Assembly: GCA_965199855.1 (NCBI GenBank)
Contig: OZ241326.1
Location: forward strand, 2,176,001 to 2,240,000
Length of the DNA: 64,000 bases
Direction of reading: 5' to 3'
Source of the DNA: a bacterium
GTDB taxonomy: Bacteria; UBA8248
In this document: positions 48,716 through 61,186 of the stretch, one piece after another
Numbering within the stretch: position 1 is the first letter of the stretch
How the letters are laid out: each line of letters begins with the position of its first letter
Made by a program: the position numbers and the translations under genes
Notes under the pieces: model-generated
Database searches by the model: none
Seen by the model: the letters and a program-made list of their open reading frames with translations, nothing else
Told to the model about the DNA's origin: nothing

Positions 48716-49295
48716 GCAGGGACAACCCCCGTGGTTGTCCCTCGCCGCGTTCGCGTCCCGACGACGCGCAACCATCCCGTAGGGGGCGTTCGGGAACGCC
48801 CCGCCGCCGCCGATGCGAATCTTTCCTGAAAACGGGCGGCCCCGGGGCCCCGCCCTTGCGGAACCGGCGCCCATGGGCGACCCACCCAAACGGGCGGTTC
48901 CCGAATTGCGGGGCGGCCTCGGGGAGGGGTCGCCCCTACGGAACCGTCGCCATCTCCCGCCGTCATTCCGGCGAAGGCCGGAATCCAGGGGATTGTGATC
49001 GTTCCCCATCGTCAATGAGAGACAACCATAGGGGGTTGTTCCTGCGAAATGATGAAACCCGCGGCCCCATGCCGAAGGACGGGCGGGGCGCATGAATGCG
49101 CCCCCTACGAAGGCGGGATCGCCGCCCGCCCCCGGAAAACCGGTTGCCTCGACCGTAGGGGACGCATTCATGCGTCCCGTTTCGATCGGTGGCCACGCGC
49201 GGGCGGTTCACGAACCGCCCCTACGGGAACCGTAGCCGCCCTCACCCATAGGGACGCCCCCCTGGGTCGCCCGACAATTCGGGAGCCGCCCGCGC
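48716..49295. repeat. REP mosaic, copy 3 (GTAG-type hairpins plus one CGTC-type REP at 48961-48988)
   Basis: GCAGGGACAACCCCCGTGGTTGTCCC, GTAGGGGGCGTTCGGGAACGCCCC, CGTCATTCCGGCGAAGGCCGGAATCCAG, GTAGGGGACGCATTCATGCGTCCC. Confidence 0.85.
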
Positions 49296-49742
49296 GGGAA
49301 AATTCGCCGGGCGGAGGCGTTTCCCCGGGCGTTTGGAGAAGAACCGCCCGCTCGCCGAAAAGCCGCGCGTGAATGTCTACGAATTTCTGCAAAATCAGAC
49401 AAATTCACGGCCTTATCCCGCAAATAGAGAGCTGTTTTCCACCTTTTTAGAGACCCCTTTGACCATCCCGCCCGGTCCCCGATTCTTCCGTCTTCCTTCC
49501 CTCCGGAGGCGCAATTCCCCCACGCCGGAAATATAACCCGACCCGGCCGCCCCCGCGGAAGCGCAGATGCGCGCAAATGCGGGCAGGCGCGCGCGATTGT
49601 TCCACGTGGAACAATTCGGACGCGGAATTTTCGGAGGAAGCGTCCGGTTTTCGGCGCGGCCGCCGCTCCGCAAGCCTCGAAAAGGCGCGGTTCGCCCCGC
49701 CCGGCTCCGCTTTGCTGGCCATGCCCGCCGCCTACGCGCCGG
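49021..49742 (-). repeat. Left arm of ~722-bp inverted repeat
   Basis: Reverse complement of 55912-56633 (coordinate sum 105654); mirrored ORFs translate identically; one mismatch seen at 49029/56625. Confidence 0.95.
49598..49613. promoter_or_regulatory. parS centromere-like site (ParB binding)
   Basis: Perfect palindrome TGTTCCACGTGGAACA (extends to 20 bp), matching the widespread chromosomal parS consensus. Confidence 0.88.
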
Positions 49743-49777
49743 GAGGCTTCCGTCCCGCGCGCGCCGCCTCCGCCTGA

Positions 49778-49805
49778 TTGACATTCGGGCGTGGTGTCGT
49801 AATCT
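49778..49805 (+). promoter_or_regulatory. Putative sigma70 promoter for fsa
   Basis: TTGACA-16 nt-TAATCT, just inside the inverted repeat boundary. Confidence 0.5.
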
Positions 49806-49859
49806 GCGGGGCGTTTCGGGGCTACACGGGAGCGGACGAACGGACGGCGGGGAGCGGAC

Positions 49860-50510
49860 ATGAAGATTTTCATCGATACGGCGAGTCTGGAGGAAATCGA
49901 GGAGGCGGCCTCCACCGGCATCCTGGACGGCGTGACGACGAACCCCTCGCTCATCGCGAAGGAAGGCGCCGACCACCACGCGAGAATCAGGGAAATCTGC
50001 GGGCTGGTGGACGGGCCGGTGAGCGCGGAGGTGATCGCCGTGAAGTGGGAGGAGATGGTCGAGGAGGGGCGGGCGCTGGCCGCCATCCACGAGAACGTGG
50101 TGGTGAAGGTTCCGGTGGGCGTGGAGGGGCTGCGCGCCGTCAAGGCGCTGCGCGAGGAGAGCGTCGACACGAACGTCACCCTCATCTTCAGCCCCGCCCA
50201 GGCCATGCTGGCGGCGAAGGCGGGCGCCTCGTTCGTGAGTCCCTTCGTGGGGCGGCTGGACGACGTCTCAAACCCCGGCATGGAGATGGTGAGCGACATC
50301 GCCCGGATTTTTCACAACTACGACTACGCCGCCCAGGTTCTGGTGGCGAGCGTGCGCTCGCCGATTCACCTGCTCGAGGCGGCGAAGATGGGGGCGGACG
50401 CGGCGACGGTTCCCTTTCAGGTCATCGCCCAGCTGCTCAAGCATCCGCTGACGGATATCGGGCTGGAGAAATTCCTGGCGGACTGGCGCCGCGCCGGCGA
50501 GATGCGCTGA
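49860..50510 (+). CDS. fsa: Transaldolase / fructose-6-phosphate aldolase (type 3B)
   Basis: [51 protein letters not shown]. Confidence 0.94.
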   Translation: MKIFIDTASLEEIEEAASTGILDGVTTNPSLIAKEGADHHARIREICGLVDGPVSAEVIAVKWEEMVEEGRALAAIHENVVVKVPVGVEGLRAVKALREESVDTNVTLIFSPAQAMLAAKAGASFVSPFVGRLDDVSNPGMEMVSDIARIFHNYDYAAQVLVASVRSPIHLLEAAKMGADAATVPFQVIAQLLKHPLTDIGLEKFLADWRRAGEMR

Positions 50511-50529
50511 CTTTCAGGGAGGTTCAGGG

Positions 50530-50760
50530 ATGATGCCGATGTATGAATTTCTGTGCGGAAGCTGCGAGAAGGATTTTGAGAAAATCGTGGCGTCCGTCGA
50601 GGCCGCCGACCGCGTGGAGTGTCCCGAATGCGGCTCGCGCGAGGCGCGCCGGAAACTCTCCCTGTTCGCCAAATCCGCATCGGGCGCCGCGGCCCAGGCC
50701 TCGGCCTTCAGCGGCTACTCCGCCGGCGGCGGCTGCGGCGGGGCGTGCTCGTGCCACTAG
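50530..50760 (+). CDS. FmdB family zinc-ribbon protein
   Basis: MPMYEFLCGSC...CPECGS, C-terminal GGCGGACSCH; GGAGG RBS. Confidence 0.88.
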   Translation: MMPMYEFLCGSCEKDFEKIVASVEAADRVECPECGSREARRKLSLFAKSASGAAAQASAFSGYSAGGGCGGACSCH

Positions 50761-50844
50761 CCCCGCGGGGGCGCTGAATCCGCGCTTCCGCCGGGCCGAT
50801 TCGCGCGCGATCCTTCGGGAATCTTTCAGCAGGGAGGAGAGACC

Positions 50845-52095
50845 ATGCCGCAAGAGGAGCAGGTCAGCGTCTTCGAGACCGCGAGCGCGCAGTTCGACGA
50901 GGCGGCGGCGCACGTCGATCTGGACGATGAGGTTCGCCACCTCCTCAAGACGCCCTTCCGCGAGGTGAAGGTAGAAATCCCCATCCGCAGGGACGACGGC
51001 TCTCTCGGCGTCTGGGAGGGATACCGCATCCAGTTCAACGGCGCGCGGGGGCCGTTCAAGGGCGGAATCCGCTACCACCACGAGGTGGACCCGGACGAGG
51101 TGCGCGGCCTCTCCGCGCTCATGGCGTGGAAGACGGCGCTCGTCAACATTCCGTTCGGGGGCGGCAAGGGCGGCATCTGCGTCAACGTGGGGGAGCTCAG
51201 CCGCTTCGAGCTGGAGCGGCTCACGAGAAAATACACCGCGCGCATCGGGCGCGTCCTGGGGCCCTACCGCGACATTCCCGCCCCCGACGTGAACACGAAC
51301 GCGCAGGTGATGGCGTGGATTTTCGATGAATACAGCAGCCGCCACGGCTACGCGCCGGCCTGCGTCACGGGAAAGCCCGTGTCCATGGGCGGCTCCCCGG
51401 GGCGCGAGGCCGCCACCGGGCGGGGCGCCGTGATGGCGTTCGGGGAGGTCGCCAAAAAGGAGGGCTGGGAGCCCGCCACCATGACGGCGGCGATTCAGGG
51501 CTTCGGGAACGTGGGCGCCTTCGCCGCCAGGTTCATCGGCGATCTGGGGGTGAAGGTGGTGGCGATATCGGGCAGCCGGGGCGCCTGCTTCAACGGGGAC
51601 GGCGTCGACGTCGAGGCGGCCGCCGCCCACCGCAGGGAGCACGGGACGCTGGAGGGCCTCGCGGGAGCGGAGGAGATCACCAACGAGGAGCTTCTCGCCC
51701 TCGACGTGGACGTCCTGGTTCCGGCGGCTCTCGGCGGCGCGATTCACGCGGGCAACGCGGCGGACGTGAAGGCGCGCGTCATCGTGGAAGGGGCGAACGC
51801 TCCCGTAACCGACCGGGGCGAGAAGACGCTGGCCGAGAGCGGCCGCGTCGTGGTGATACCCGACGTGCTGGCGAGCGCGGGCGGCGTCACGGTCTCCTAC
51901 TTTGAATGGGCGCAGAACATCCAGCAGTTCGCCTGGGACGAGGAGCGGGTGAACGCCGAGCTGGGCAGAATCATGGCGCGCGCCACGGCCGAGGTGCATG
52001 AGCTGGCGAAGGAGAAAGGCGTCTCGCTGCGCGCGGCGGCCTTCATCATCGCGATTGAAAGGGTGGCGGAGGCGGAGCGCCTTCGCGGCGTATAG
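50845..52095 (+). CDS. gdhA: Glu/Leu/Phe/Val dehydrogenase, likely glutamate dehydrogenase
   Basis: RGPFKGGIRY, PFGGGKGG, DIPAPDVNT, IQGFGNVG, GGVTVSYFEW. Confidence 0.92.
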   Translation: MPQEEQVSVFETASAQFDEAAAHVDLDDEVRHLLKTPFREVKVEIPIRRDDGSLGVWEGYRIQFNGARGPFKGGIRYHHEVDPDEVRGLSALMAWKTALVNIPFGGGKGGICVNVGELSRFELERLTRKYTARIGRVLGPYRDIPAPDVNTNAQVMAWIFDEYSSRHGYAPACVTGKPVSMGGSPGREAATGRGAVMAFGEVAKKEGWEPATMTAAIQGFGNVGAFAARFIGDLGVKVVAISGSRGACFNGDGVDVEAAAAHRREHGTLEGLAGAEEITNEELLALDVDVLVPAALGGAIHAGNAADVKARVIVEGANAPVTDRGEKTLAESGRVVVIPDVLASAGGVTVSYFEWAQNIQQFAWDEERVNAELGRIMARATAEVHELAKEKGVSLRAAAFIIAIERVAEAERLRGV

Positions 52096-52121
52096 CGTCC
52101 GCCGCCCCGCTGGAGCTTTCG

Positions 52122-53036
52122 TTGGCTGGTCTCGTCATAGACGCCCGGGGCATCGAAAAATCCTTCGGAACCCTCCGGGCCGTCGCCGGCGTCTCGCTCC
52201 AGGTGGAGCCCGGAGAGTGCTTCGGCATTCTGGGCCCCAACGGCGCGGGCAAAACCACGACAATCAAGATGCTGCACGGCGCCGTTCAGCCCGACGCGGG
52301 CGTCCTGCGGGTGCTCGGCCTCGACGTGGCGACCCAGAGCCGGCTCGTTCGGGAGGGGATGGGCGTCGTATCGCAGGAGGACACGCTGGACCGCGATTTG
52401 ACGGTATATGAGAACCTCTGGGTCTATGCGGGATTTTTCGGCATCTCGAGGAAGGCGTCGCTCTCCCGCATCGAGCATCTGCTCGACTTCCTGCAGCTTC
52501 GGGAAAAGTGGGACTCGAAGATCAAGACCCTCTCGGGCGGAATGAAGCGCCGCCTCCACATCGCGCGCGCCCTGATCCATGAGCCGAAGTTCCTGATTCT
52601 GGACGAACCCACCACGGGCCTCGATCCGCAGGCGAGGCATCTCGTCTGGCGCAGGCTCCGGGAGCTCGGCGACCGGGGGCTGACCATTCTTCTCACCACC
52701 CATTACATGGAAGAGGCGGCGCGGATGTGCGATCGCATCGGCATCATGGACGGGGGGAGATTTCTTCTCGAAGGCGCGCCGCAGGCGCTGGTGCGCGAAC
52801 ATGTGGGCGATGAGGCGTATGAACTCAAGGGCGGCGCGCCGCGGGAACTGCTCGACTCCCTGAAAAGCCTCCACGTCGGCGCCGAGGTCGCCGCGGACAG
52901 GCTGTATCTCTACAGCCGCAACGGAGCGGGGCTGATGGAGCGCCTGATCGCCTCGGGGCGGAAGGATTTTCTGAGAAGGCCCGCGACCCTGGAGGATTTG
53001 TTCCTGCGGCTCACGGGCAGGGAATTGAGGGATTGA
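52122..53036 (+). CDS. ABC-2 exporter ATP-binding protein (NodI-like)
   Basis: GPNGAGKTT, LSGGMKRRL, ILDEPTTGLDPQARH, LTTHYMEEA, TLEDLFLRLTGREL. Confidence 0.93.
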   Translation: MAGLVIDARGIEKSFGTLRAVAGVSLQVEPGECFGILGPNGAGKTTTIKMLHGAVQPDAGVLRVLGLDVATQSRLVREGMGVVSQEDTLDRDLTVYENLWVYAGFFGISRKASLSRIEHLLDFLQLREKWDSKIKTLSGGMKRRLHIARALIHEPKFLILDEPTTGLDPQARHLVWRRLRELGDRGLTILLTTHYMEEAARMCDRIGIMDGGRFLLEGAPQALVREHVGDEAYELKGGAPRELLDSLKSLHVGAEVAADRLYLYSRNGAGLMERLIASGRKDFLRRPATLEDLFLRLTGRELRD

Positions 53037-53809
53037 CGCTCCTCCCCCAGGCTCCGAGCCGCCGCGCCCTCCGCGTCTGGGTTCGCCATCTGGTCTATTA
53101 CCGCTCCTTCTATCTGGCGGAATGGGCGGGCAATCTGGGGGAGCACGTTCTGTGGCTCGTGGCGTTCGGCTACGGGCTGGGCAGGCTGGTGCCGAGCCTG
53201 GACGGCGTCTCATACGCGCAGTTCATCGGCCCCGGGCTGATGGTTTCCGTCGCGATGTGGAACGCGACGTATGAATCCACCTACGGCGCCTATTCGAGAA
53301 TGCGGATTCAGAACATCTACGAGTCCATGCTGATGGCCCCGCTCACGGTGGGCGACATCGTGCTGGGCGATCTTCTCTGGTGCGCGAGCCGCGCGCTGAT
53401 CGGCTCGACGCTGATGCTGCTCGTCCTGAGCCTGTTCGGGCTGGTCGGCTCGTGGTGGGCGGCGGCGATCCTTCCGGTTCTGTTCGTCGAGGCGGTGATG
53501 TTCGCGGCCCTGGGGCTGATCGCGACCTCGCTGGCGCCCAGCTTCTCGTTCTTCAACTTTTACTTCTCCGCCGTCGTCATGCCCATGTTTTTCTTCGCGG
53601 GCGCCCTGTTTCCCATCAAGGGCCTGCCGGCGTGGGTGGAGCGCATATCCGACGCCCTCCCGCTGACCCACGCCGTGAGAATCTCGCGCGGCCTGTTCCT
53701 TTACGGGCGGGTCGAGCATTTTCTCTGGCACTTTTCCTTCCTGCTCGGCTTCACGCTCCTGTTTCTCGCGGTCGCCTGCTTTCTGGTGGGCAGGCGCATG
53801 GCGGAATGA
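53033..53809 (+). CDS. ABC-2 exporter permease (NodJ-like)
   Basis: About six hydrophobic segments, YAQFIGPGL, PMFFFAGALFP, LPLTHAV; overlaps the ATPase stop. Confidence 0.9.
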   Translation: MTLLPQAPSRRALRVWVRHLVYYRSFYLAEWAGNLGEHVLWLVAFGYGLGRLVPSLDGVSYAQFIGPGLMVSVAMWNATYESTYGAYSRMRIQNIYESMLMAPLTVGDIVLGDLLWCASRALIGSTLMLLVLSLFGLVGSWWAAAILPVLFVEAVMFAALGLIATSLAPSFSFFNFYFSAVVMPMFFFAGALFPIKGLPAWVERISDALPLTHAVRISRGLFLYGRVEHFLWHFSFLLGFTLLFLAVACFLVGRRMAE

Positions 53810-54777
53810 GCGTGGGCGCCGCGGCGAAAATCCTGCATCCGCCGGAGCCGTTCCTGTTCCATGAGAGTCTGCTGCGCTTTCGCGCGTCGAGCGGGGAGCT
53901 CGTCAATTCCTACGCGGACGGGGCGTATCGCAGGGTGGTGGAGACCGCCGCCGGCGCGCTGGTTCTCCTGGAGGCCAGGAGCGGGGAGGAGGGGCGAGGC
54001 GGCCCGATTCGGCTTCAGATGACCGCCGAGGGACGGATGAGCGAATCGCTCCAAGGCGCGGGGCTGGACGCCATCAGGCACATTCTGGCTTTTGATCTCG
54101 ATTTGAAGCCGTTTTACGGGATGGCGGGGCGCGACGCCGACCTGGCGCCGATTGCGAGGAAATTCAGGGGTCTCAGGCCGGTGCGCTACCCGAGCGCGTT
54201 CGAGGCGCTCGTTACGGCGATTACGGCGCAGCAGGTGAACCTGACCTTCGCCGGGACGATACGCGGGCGCATGGTGAAGCGATGGGGCGGAAAGCTGCGC
54301 GTCGGCGGACGGACGCGCTACGCCTTTCCGCGCCCGGAGCGCCTGGCGCGGGCGCGCGTCTCCACCCTGCGCGCCATGCAGTTCTCGGAGCGAAAGTCGG
54401 AATACGTGATTGGCGTGGCGCGCGCCGCCCTGGAAGGACGGCTGGACGAGGGCGAGCTGCGCGCTCTGCCCGTTGAGGAGGCGGTGGCCCGGCTCGCCGG
54501 AATACGGGGCGTGGGCCGCTGGACGGCGGAGCAGACGCTGTTTCGGGCGCTTGGCCGCGTGGAGGTTTTCCCCGGGGGCGACCTGGGGGTGCGGAAGGTC
54601 GTGGCGCGCTATTGCTTCGGAGAGGAGCGCGTGGACGAGGAGCGCGCGCGCGGGCGGGCGGACGCATGGCATCCCTGGGCTTCGCTGGCGACGACCTATC
54701 TGTTCGCCGCGTGGCGCGCGGGCGTTGCGCCCGCGGGCGAAGCGAAACGGCGCATCGGGAATCGGGCGCGCGGATGA
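53806..54777 (+). CDS. alkA: DNA-3-methyladenine glycosylase II (HhH-GPD family)
   Basis: FEALVTAITAQQV, FPRPERLA, IRGVGRWTAE, FPGGDLGV, WHPWASLA; ATG 53806 overlaps upstream stop. Confidence 0.9.
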   Translation: MSVGAAAKILHPPEPFLFHESLLRFRASSGELVNSYADGAYRRVVETAAGALVLLEARSGEEGRGGPIRLQMTAEGRMSESLQGAGLDAIRHILAFDLDLKPFYGMAGRDADLAPIARKFRGLRPVRYPSAFEALVTAITAQQVNLTFAGTIRGRMVKRWGGKLRVGGRTRYAFPRPERLARARVSTLRAMQFSERKSEYVIGVARAALEGRLDEGELRALPVEEAVARLAGIRGVGRWTAEQTLFRALGRVEVFPGGDLGVRKVVARYCFGEERVDEERARGRADAWHPWASLATTYLFAAWRAGVAPAGEAKRRIGNRARG

Positions 54778-55922
54778 GCGGCTTTCGGGCCTCCATCGAA
54801 CGGCGGGAAGAAGAGCTGCTGGCGCCCTGCGCGGCGCGCAGCGCCGAGAGTCTCGGGCGAAGGCACCCGGAAGCCGAGCACGGGATGCGGACGGCGTTTC
54901 AGCGCGATCGCGACCGGATCATCCACACGCAGGCCTTCCGGAGGCTTGAATACAAGACCCAGGTCTTCGTGAACCACGAAGGGGACCATTACCGGACGCG
55001 CCTGACGCACACCATAGAGGTGAGCCAGATCGCGCGCTCCATCGCCCGCGCGCTCTCCCTGAACGAAGACCTCGCCGAAGCGGTCGCGCTCGCGCACGAT
55101 TTGGGCCACCCCCCCTTCGGCCACGCCGGGGAGAAGGTTCTGGACGCCCTCATGGAGGAGCGCGGCGGGTTCGAGCACAACCTGCAGGCGCTGCGGATCG
55201 TCGAGGCGCTGGAGAGGCGCTACCCCGCCTTTCCGGGCCTGAACCTGACGTGGGAGACGCGCGAGGGAATCATCAAGTATCTGGATCGCTATGACGGCCC
55301 GATGCCCCGGGGGCTGACGAACGCGATCGCCCCCGGCCTGGAGGCCCAGGTGGTCGACGCGGCGGACGAGATCGCCTACAACAACCACGACCTGGACGAC
55401 GGCCTCTCCTCCCGGCTGTTCGGCCTTGAAGACTTGCGGGACGCCCGCCTTTGGCGCGAACACCACGAAAACTCGAAGAAAGCCTTTCCCGAAGCTCCCC
55501 GGCGGGAGCGCAAGCACGACGTCATCCGCCGCATCATCAACGCGCAGGTTCAGGACATCATCGCGTCCGCGCGCGAGCGCGTTCGGCGCCGGGGGCTGCG
55601 CCGCATCTCGGACGTGCGGGAAGGCGGGCATGACGCGGTTGTCTTCAGCGAGGAGATGCGCGGGAAGAACGCCGAGCTCAAGCGCTTCCTGATGGAGCGG
55701 ATGTACCGGAACGAGCGGGTGCTGAGACTGGAGGAAAGCGCCCGGGAAACGCTGAGCGGGCTGTTTCGCCTCTACGTCGCCGAGCCTCGCAGGATACCGG
55801 AGCACGCCCGCAGGCGCGAGGAAACGGACGGCCGGCATCGAATGGTCTGCGACTACGTCGCCGGCATGACGGACCGCTACGCCCTCCAGCAGCACGAGCG
55901 GTGGCTGGGCGCCGGCGCGTAG
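54774..55922 (+). CDS. dgt: Deoxyguanosinetriphosphate triphosphohydrolase-like HD protein
   Basis: FQRDRDRIIH, RRLEYKTQVF, RTRLTHT, AHDLGHPPFGHAGE, DYVAGMTDRYA. Confidence 0.95.
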   Translation: MSGFRASIERREEELLAPCAARSAESLGRRHPEAEHGMRTAFQRDRDRIIHTQAFRRLEYKTQVFVNHEGDHYRTRLTHTIEVSQIARSIARALSLNEDLAEAVALAHDLGHPPFGHAGEKVLDALMEERGGFEHNLQALRIVEALERRYPAFPGLNLTWETREGIIKYLDRYDGPMPRGLTNAIAPGLEAQVVDAADEIAYNNHDLDDGLSSRLFGLEDLRDARLWREHHENSKKAFPEAPRRERKHDVIRRIINAQVQDIIASARERVRRRGLRRISDVREGGHDAVVFSEEMRGKNAELKRFLMERMYRNERVLRLEESARETLSGLFRLYVAEPRRIPEHARRREETDGRHRMVCDYVAGMTDRYALQQHERWLGAGA

Positions 55923-56633
55923 GCGGCGGGCATGGCCAGCAAAGCGGAGCCGGGCGGGGCGAACCGCGCCTTTTCGAGGCTTGCGGAGCGGCGGCCGCGC
56001 CGAAAACCGGACGCTTCCTCCGAAAATTCCGCGTCCGAATTGTTCCACGTGGAACAATCGCGCGCGCCTGCCCGCATTTGCGCGCATCTGCGCTTCCGCG
56101 GGGGCGGCCGGGTCGGGTTATATTTCCGGCGTGGGGGAATTGCGCCTCCGGAGGGAAGGAAGACGGAAGAATCGGGGACCGGGCGGGATGGTCAAAGGGG
56201 TCTCTAAAAAGGTGGAAAACAGCTCTCTATTTGCGGGATAAGGCCGTGAATTTGTCTGATTTTGCAGAAATTCGTAGACATTCACGCGCGGCTTTTCGGC
56301 GAGCGGGCGGTTCTTCTCCAAACGCCCGGGGAAACGCCTCCGCCCGGCGAATTTTCCCGCGCGGGCGGCTCCCGAATTGTCGGGCGACCCAGGGGGGCGT
56401 CCCTATGGGTGAGGGCGGCTACGGTTCCCGTAGGGGCGGTTCGTGAACCGCCCGCGCGTGGCCACCGATCGAAACGGGACGCATGAATGCGTCCCCTACG
56501 GTCGAGGCAACCGGTTTTCCGGGGGCGGGCGGCGATCCCGCCTTCGTAGGGGGCGCATTCATGCGCCCCGCCCGTCCTTCGGCATGGGGCCGCGGGTTTC
56601 ATCATTTCGCAGGAACAACCCCCTGTGGTTGTC
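55912..56633 (+). repeat. Right arm of ~722-bp inverted repeat (includes dgt stop codon, parS and REP cluster ~56360-56645)
   Basis: Reverse complement of 49021-49742. Confidence 0.95.
56041..56056. promoter_or_regulatory. parS centromere-like site (second copy)
   Basis: TGTTCCACGTGGAACA perfect palindrome. Confidence 0.88.
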
Positions 56634-56667
56634 CTTCGCCGCGTTCGCCAGTCCGGGCGTTTCCCCC

Positions 56668-56949
56668 TTACCCGAACCGCCCGGCATTCAGCCGCCAATA
56701 GACCTCCGTCCCCTTGAGCGCGGCGTTCTCTTTGGCGTGATGCCACGGCGTCTTGCCCTCTTTATCCTCCGCCGCGGGATCGGCTCCGGCGGCGAGCAAC
56801 GCTTCCGCGACCGCGGGGGTTTTGCTGAACTTCGCCGCCGCCACATGCAGGGGCGTCCGTCCATCCTTGATCCGCGCGTTCGGGTTCGCCCCGGCGGCGA
56901 GCAAGCCTCCTCCGCCGCCCGCTCCCCCGCCGAAGAAGAAGTAAGGCAT
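56668..56949 (-). pseudogene. Truncated ankyrin-repeat protein (C-terminal remnant)
   Basis: LLAAGANPNARIKDGRTPLHVAA...ALLAAGADPAAEDKEGKTPW; homology starts mid-repeat after a non-ankyrin Gly run. Confidence 0.7.
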
Positions 56950-56991
56950 CCGGTTCGGGAGGCTGAAGGGAGGAAGAACGCCCCCGCCCCC

Positions 56992-57252
56992 CTACTCCTC
57001 CGGCGGGCCGCCCCTTCGGGCGAACTTCTCCGCGCAGGCGCCGCTGCAGAAGGCGCGCCTGCCGCCGCCCGCCCGTCTGGAGACGCCCATGCGGGAGGGG
57101 AAGAAGGTCGCGCATTCGGGGCAGTTCAGCATTTCGTCGTCCACGTCCTCCCCCGCTTCGGGGGCGACCGCGCTCCCCGCGCCGGCGAACAGGCCGCGGA
57201 CGAGGCGGTAAATCCCCCAGGCCACCGCCATATAGAGCAGAAGTCGAAGCAT
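56992..57252 (-). CDS. Small membrane-anchored metal-binding protein (PP0621/TRASH-like)
   Basis: N-terminal hydrophobic helix, EMLNCPECATFFP...AFCSGAC. Confidence 0.75.
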   Translation of the reverse strand: MLRLLLYMAVAWGIYRLVRGLFAGAGSAVAPEAGEDVDDEMLNCPECATFFPSRMGVSRRAGGGRRAFCSGACAEKFARRGGPPEE

Positions 57253-57382
57253 GGGCCTCAGCCTCGCCGCTTCTTCCGGGAACGGGGAGATTTCATCGCG
57301 CGTCCCGGCGTCCTCGGGCGGGCGGGGCCGCTCCGCGCGCGCTCCCTGAAAGGCGTTCGCCCCGGAAACTCCGGAAACCCTC

Positions 57383-57828
57383 TCATCGATACGTCTTTCC
57401 GCGATGGCGTATCCAGCCGCCCGCGCGCCCGCCCCTCGGGTCCCGGTGCGTCCAGTGGAGAACCCCGCCCTTGCGGTTCCACTCGTAGAGACCGCGCATC
57501 ACCACCTCGCTGCCCGCTTCCACCGGAACGCGGGGCGCCAGGTCGATGTTGTGCGCGGCGAGCAGGGTATGTCCGTCGGCAAGGCGCACGATGAAGCGCT
57601 GGTGCCGCCTCCCCCGGAGGTCGTCCTTCAAGATTCTGACGACCTCCCCGCGCGCGGTGAGCCAGACGCGCGAGCGGCGCGCCTCGAAGAGCGCGCGGGC
57701 GCGGGAGACTTCGCGCGCGGCGGGCGCGGCGGGAGGCTCGGCCGCCCGGGCGGGGTGAAGCGCGGCCGCCGACGCGAGAGCGAAGAGCAGGAGGCGCGCG
57801 GCGAGGCGGCCGGGGCTCGGAGGCGCCC

Positions 57829-57832
<4 letters not shown>
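57383..57832 (-). CDS. DUF3465-like exported protein
   Basis: Signal peptide; [48 protein letters not shown] (family recalled from memory). Confidence 0.82.
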
Positions 57833-61080
<3,248 letters not shown>

Positions 61081-61186
61081 GGGCTACCTCCCCCCGGCCG
61101 GAGAGGACGCGGAAGCCTCCCCGCCCGGAAGAGGCCTTCCCCGCCCCGGCTTCGTCGAACCCGCGCGCGTCCGCCCGCCCACGGGC

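Noticed and set aside
49370-49465. oriC/DnaA boxes or an IS end in the AT-richer part of the repeat
   Set aside because: Only one imperfect box (TTTTCCACC), no box cluster or dnaA nearby, and no partner terminal repeat or target duplication found.
49168-49777. ORFs inside the inverted repeat as a transposase or recombinase
   Set aside because: Short overlapping frames with no catalytic motifs; duplicated only because the DNA is duplicated.
52122-53809. NodI/NodJ as evidence of Nod-factor export
   Set aside because: This ABC-2 subfamily is widespread and no nodABC-like genes are present.
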